From: Anthoceros angustus
Taxonomy: Eukaryota > Plantae > Anthocerotophyta
Reading direction: 5' to 3'
Length of the DNA: 64,000 nucleotides
Assembly: GCA_010909165.1 (NCBI GenBank)
Contig: VJWM01000044.1
Span: 310,001 to 374,000 of the forward strand
This document shows, in pieces, positions 62,529 through 64,000 of this stretch. The position numbers and the translations under genes were made by a program. Within the stretch, counting starts at the first letter, position 1, and the number at the start of each line of letters is the position of its first letter. The notes below the pieces were generated by a model. The model ran no database searches and was not told where the DNA came from. It worked only from the letters and a program-made list of their open reading frames with translations.

Positions 62529-64000
62529 TCAGGTGGCAGCTGCCAGGTGTGCCAAGAGGCCGACCATACCGGCGTTGATGTAAGTGGTGGGCTCCGCCTG
62601 CCCGTAGTTGCTACGGTCGTCGGCATACGCATCGGCGTCGTCGGGTCCTCCCACAATGCCTCCCGTCAGCTGGTTGGGGTCGGAAGTTTTGGCCTCGTAG
62701 TAGGAAAAGCTGTCAGAGCAGTCGATCTCGGCGGGTGAGTCTTCATGCTGGGCACTGAAGCAGCGCGATGGTGAACCCGCTGAGGAAGCTGGTCCCAAAT
62801 CCCACCATGTACGACATGCGCTGAGGATTTTCTCCCAGGATGTAGTCCACCTGCAGCAGGCAGCAGGTAATTGTTCAGCGACAGAGAAGTTAAGATCCTT
62901 CAGTGAAGTAGGGGCGGAACATCATCTGCAGACAACACGGGAAGTAGTACCTGGGTTTTGGCATGAGAATAGAGCTGGGCAGGAGTGATGGCCGTGGTGC
63001 CACAAGTGACAGTCTGTTGAGCTGCCTCCAGGTACTTGGCGTAGACAAGGAGAAGGAAGGAAGATGCAGTCACGTACTGCAGATTGCTACCTGCCAGGAA
63101 ATAGAAGAGCCCGCCTGCAGCAGCGGCCATATCATTCACAGATCATGGTTGATGCAATTGATTTGTGAGAATCCATCCATTCGATTATTCGTCAACACAG
63201 CAAGGAGATGTTCAACTGCATTTGCTTACCAGGAGTGTACTTGGCTGCAGACACGCCTGGCATGATACCGCACACGAATGCATCCGCTTGCTGCTTGTAG
63301 CCCTGTAGGCCGTCAGCCTTGCCAGCAAAGAAGAACTGGGCTGCCAGGACCTGAGCGCCCGCGTATTTGTTGTCCCAGCTGAGTGTGGGTGCGGAGGTGG
63401 TGGAGCCACCCAGCTCCTCGCCGTTGTCCACCAGGTATTGCAGGTACTTGTCGTCCCTGGATGCCTTGAAGAGCCAGGCTGCTCCCACAGCAGCTCATCC
63501 TTGAAGCCAGAGTAGGAGCAGTAGAAGGGCACACTTGCGGCTTCAGGGGTCCGTCGCTGTAGGCCGCTCTGTACTGGTCCGCAAACGAGAAGAGCTCAGC
63601 CGCGCCGGCCAGAAGCGTAGCTGAGTACTGGGCGTCAGTGGCCTGGAACACAATGGACGCAGCGGCCAGCGCGGCAGCCGTTTCCGCAGCAGCGTCGGAC
63701 CCTGGATTGCTGGCATCAATCTTGTACGCAGTGCGATCTGTGTGCATGTCCTCAGGCCTTTGCCAGCACGCGTGATCCTTGGTCGGGTCTGCCACCTGAA
63801 CGTACAGCTCGTTTGGTGCGGTGTGAGCTTTGAGCAGGTAGTCAGTCCCCAACGGATGGCATCCTGGGCGTTGGTCATCTCTCCCGCTGCGCCCAGCTCT
63901 TTCCCTTTCGATCACCGTCCACGACAGCAGCGTGATGGTGAAGGCCATGGGCAGGCCGAACTTGACATTGTCGCCAGCGTCGTAGTATCCTCCCACCAAA
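62529..64000 (-). CDS. GH9B endoglucanase, unit 3 (5' end beyond window)
   Basis: ORF 63313-63999 begins [12 protein letters not shown]; C-terminus [13 protein letters not shown]...AAAT*. Confidence 0.95.

Overview
Eukaryotic, plant nuclear DNA. It is probably a non-seed plant such as Selaginella, inferred from ~100 bp introns, PLS-type PPR remnants, a GC-rich GH9 gene and the TE types. The sequence is very indel-rich, like unpolished long-read data, so frameshifts cannot be trusted. Two blocks are joined at an (AT)19 tract (21893-21930). Block 1 (1-21.9 kb) is a retrotransposon nest. It holds an internally deleted Ty1/copia element, a Ty3/gypsy protease fragment, a near-complete Athila-like Ty3/gypsy on the minus strand with an extra 3' ORF, and the 3' half of a related element sharing its LTR, plus several head-to-tail duplications (0.5, 1.05 and 2.1 kb). 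Block 2 (22.1-64 kb) is a tandem array of three 12.6-16 kb units. Each unit carries a CRE-like RLE non-LTR retroelement interrupted by a solo LTR, an L1-like endonuclease remnant, a ~1.55 kb TIR-bounded insert sitting in an initiator tRNA-Met sequence, degenerate PPR-like repeats, a conserved plant unknown-function gene (DUF7903-like), a TA-flanked MITE, a PPR pseudogene and a secreted GH9B endo-1,4-beta-glucanase. The most unusual observation is the TIR insert flanked by a ~40 bp duplication of the tRNA-iMet 5' half. All family assignments come from recalled motifs, not database searches.
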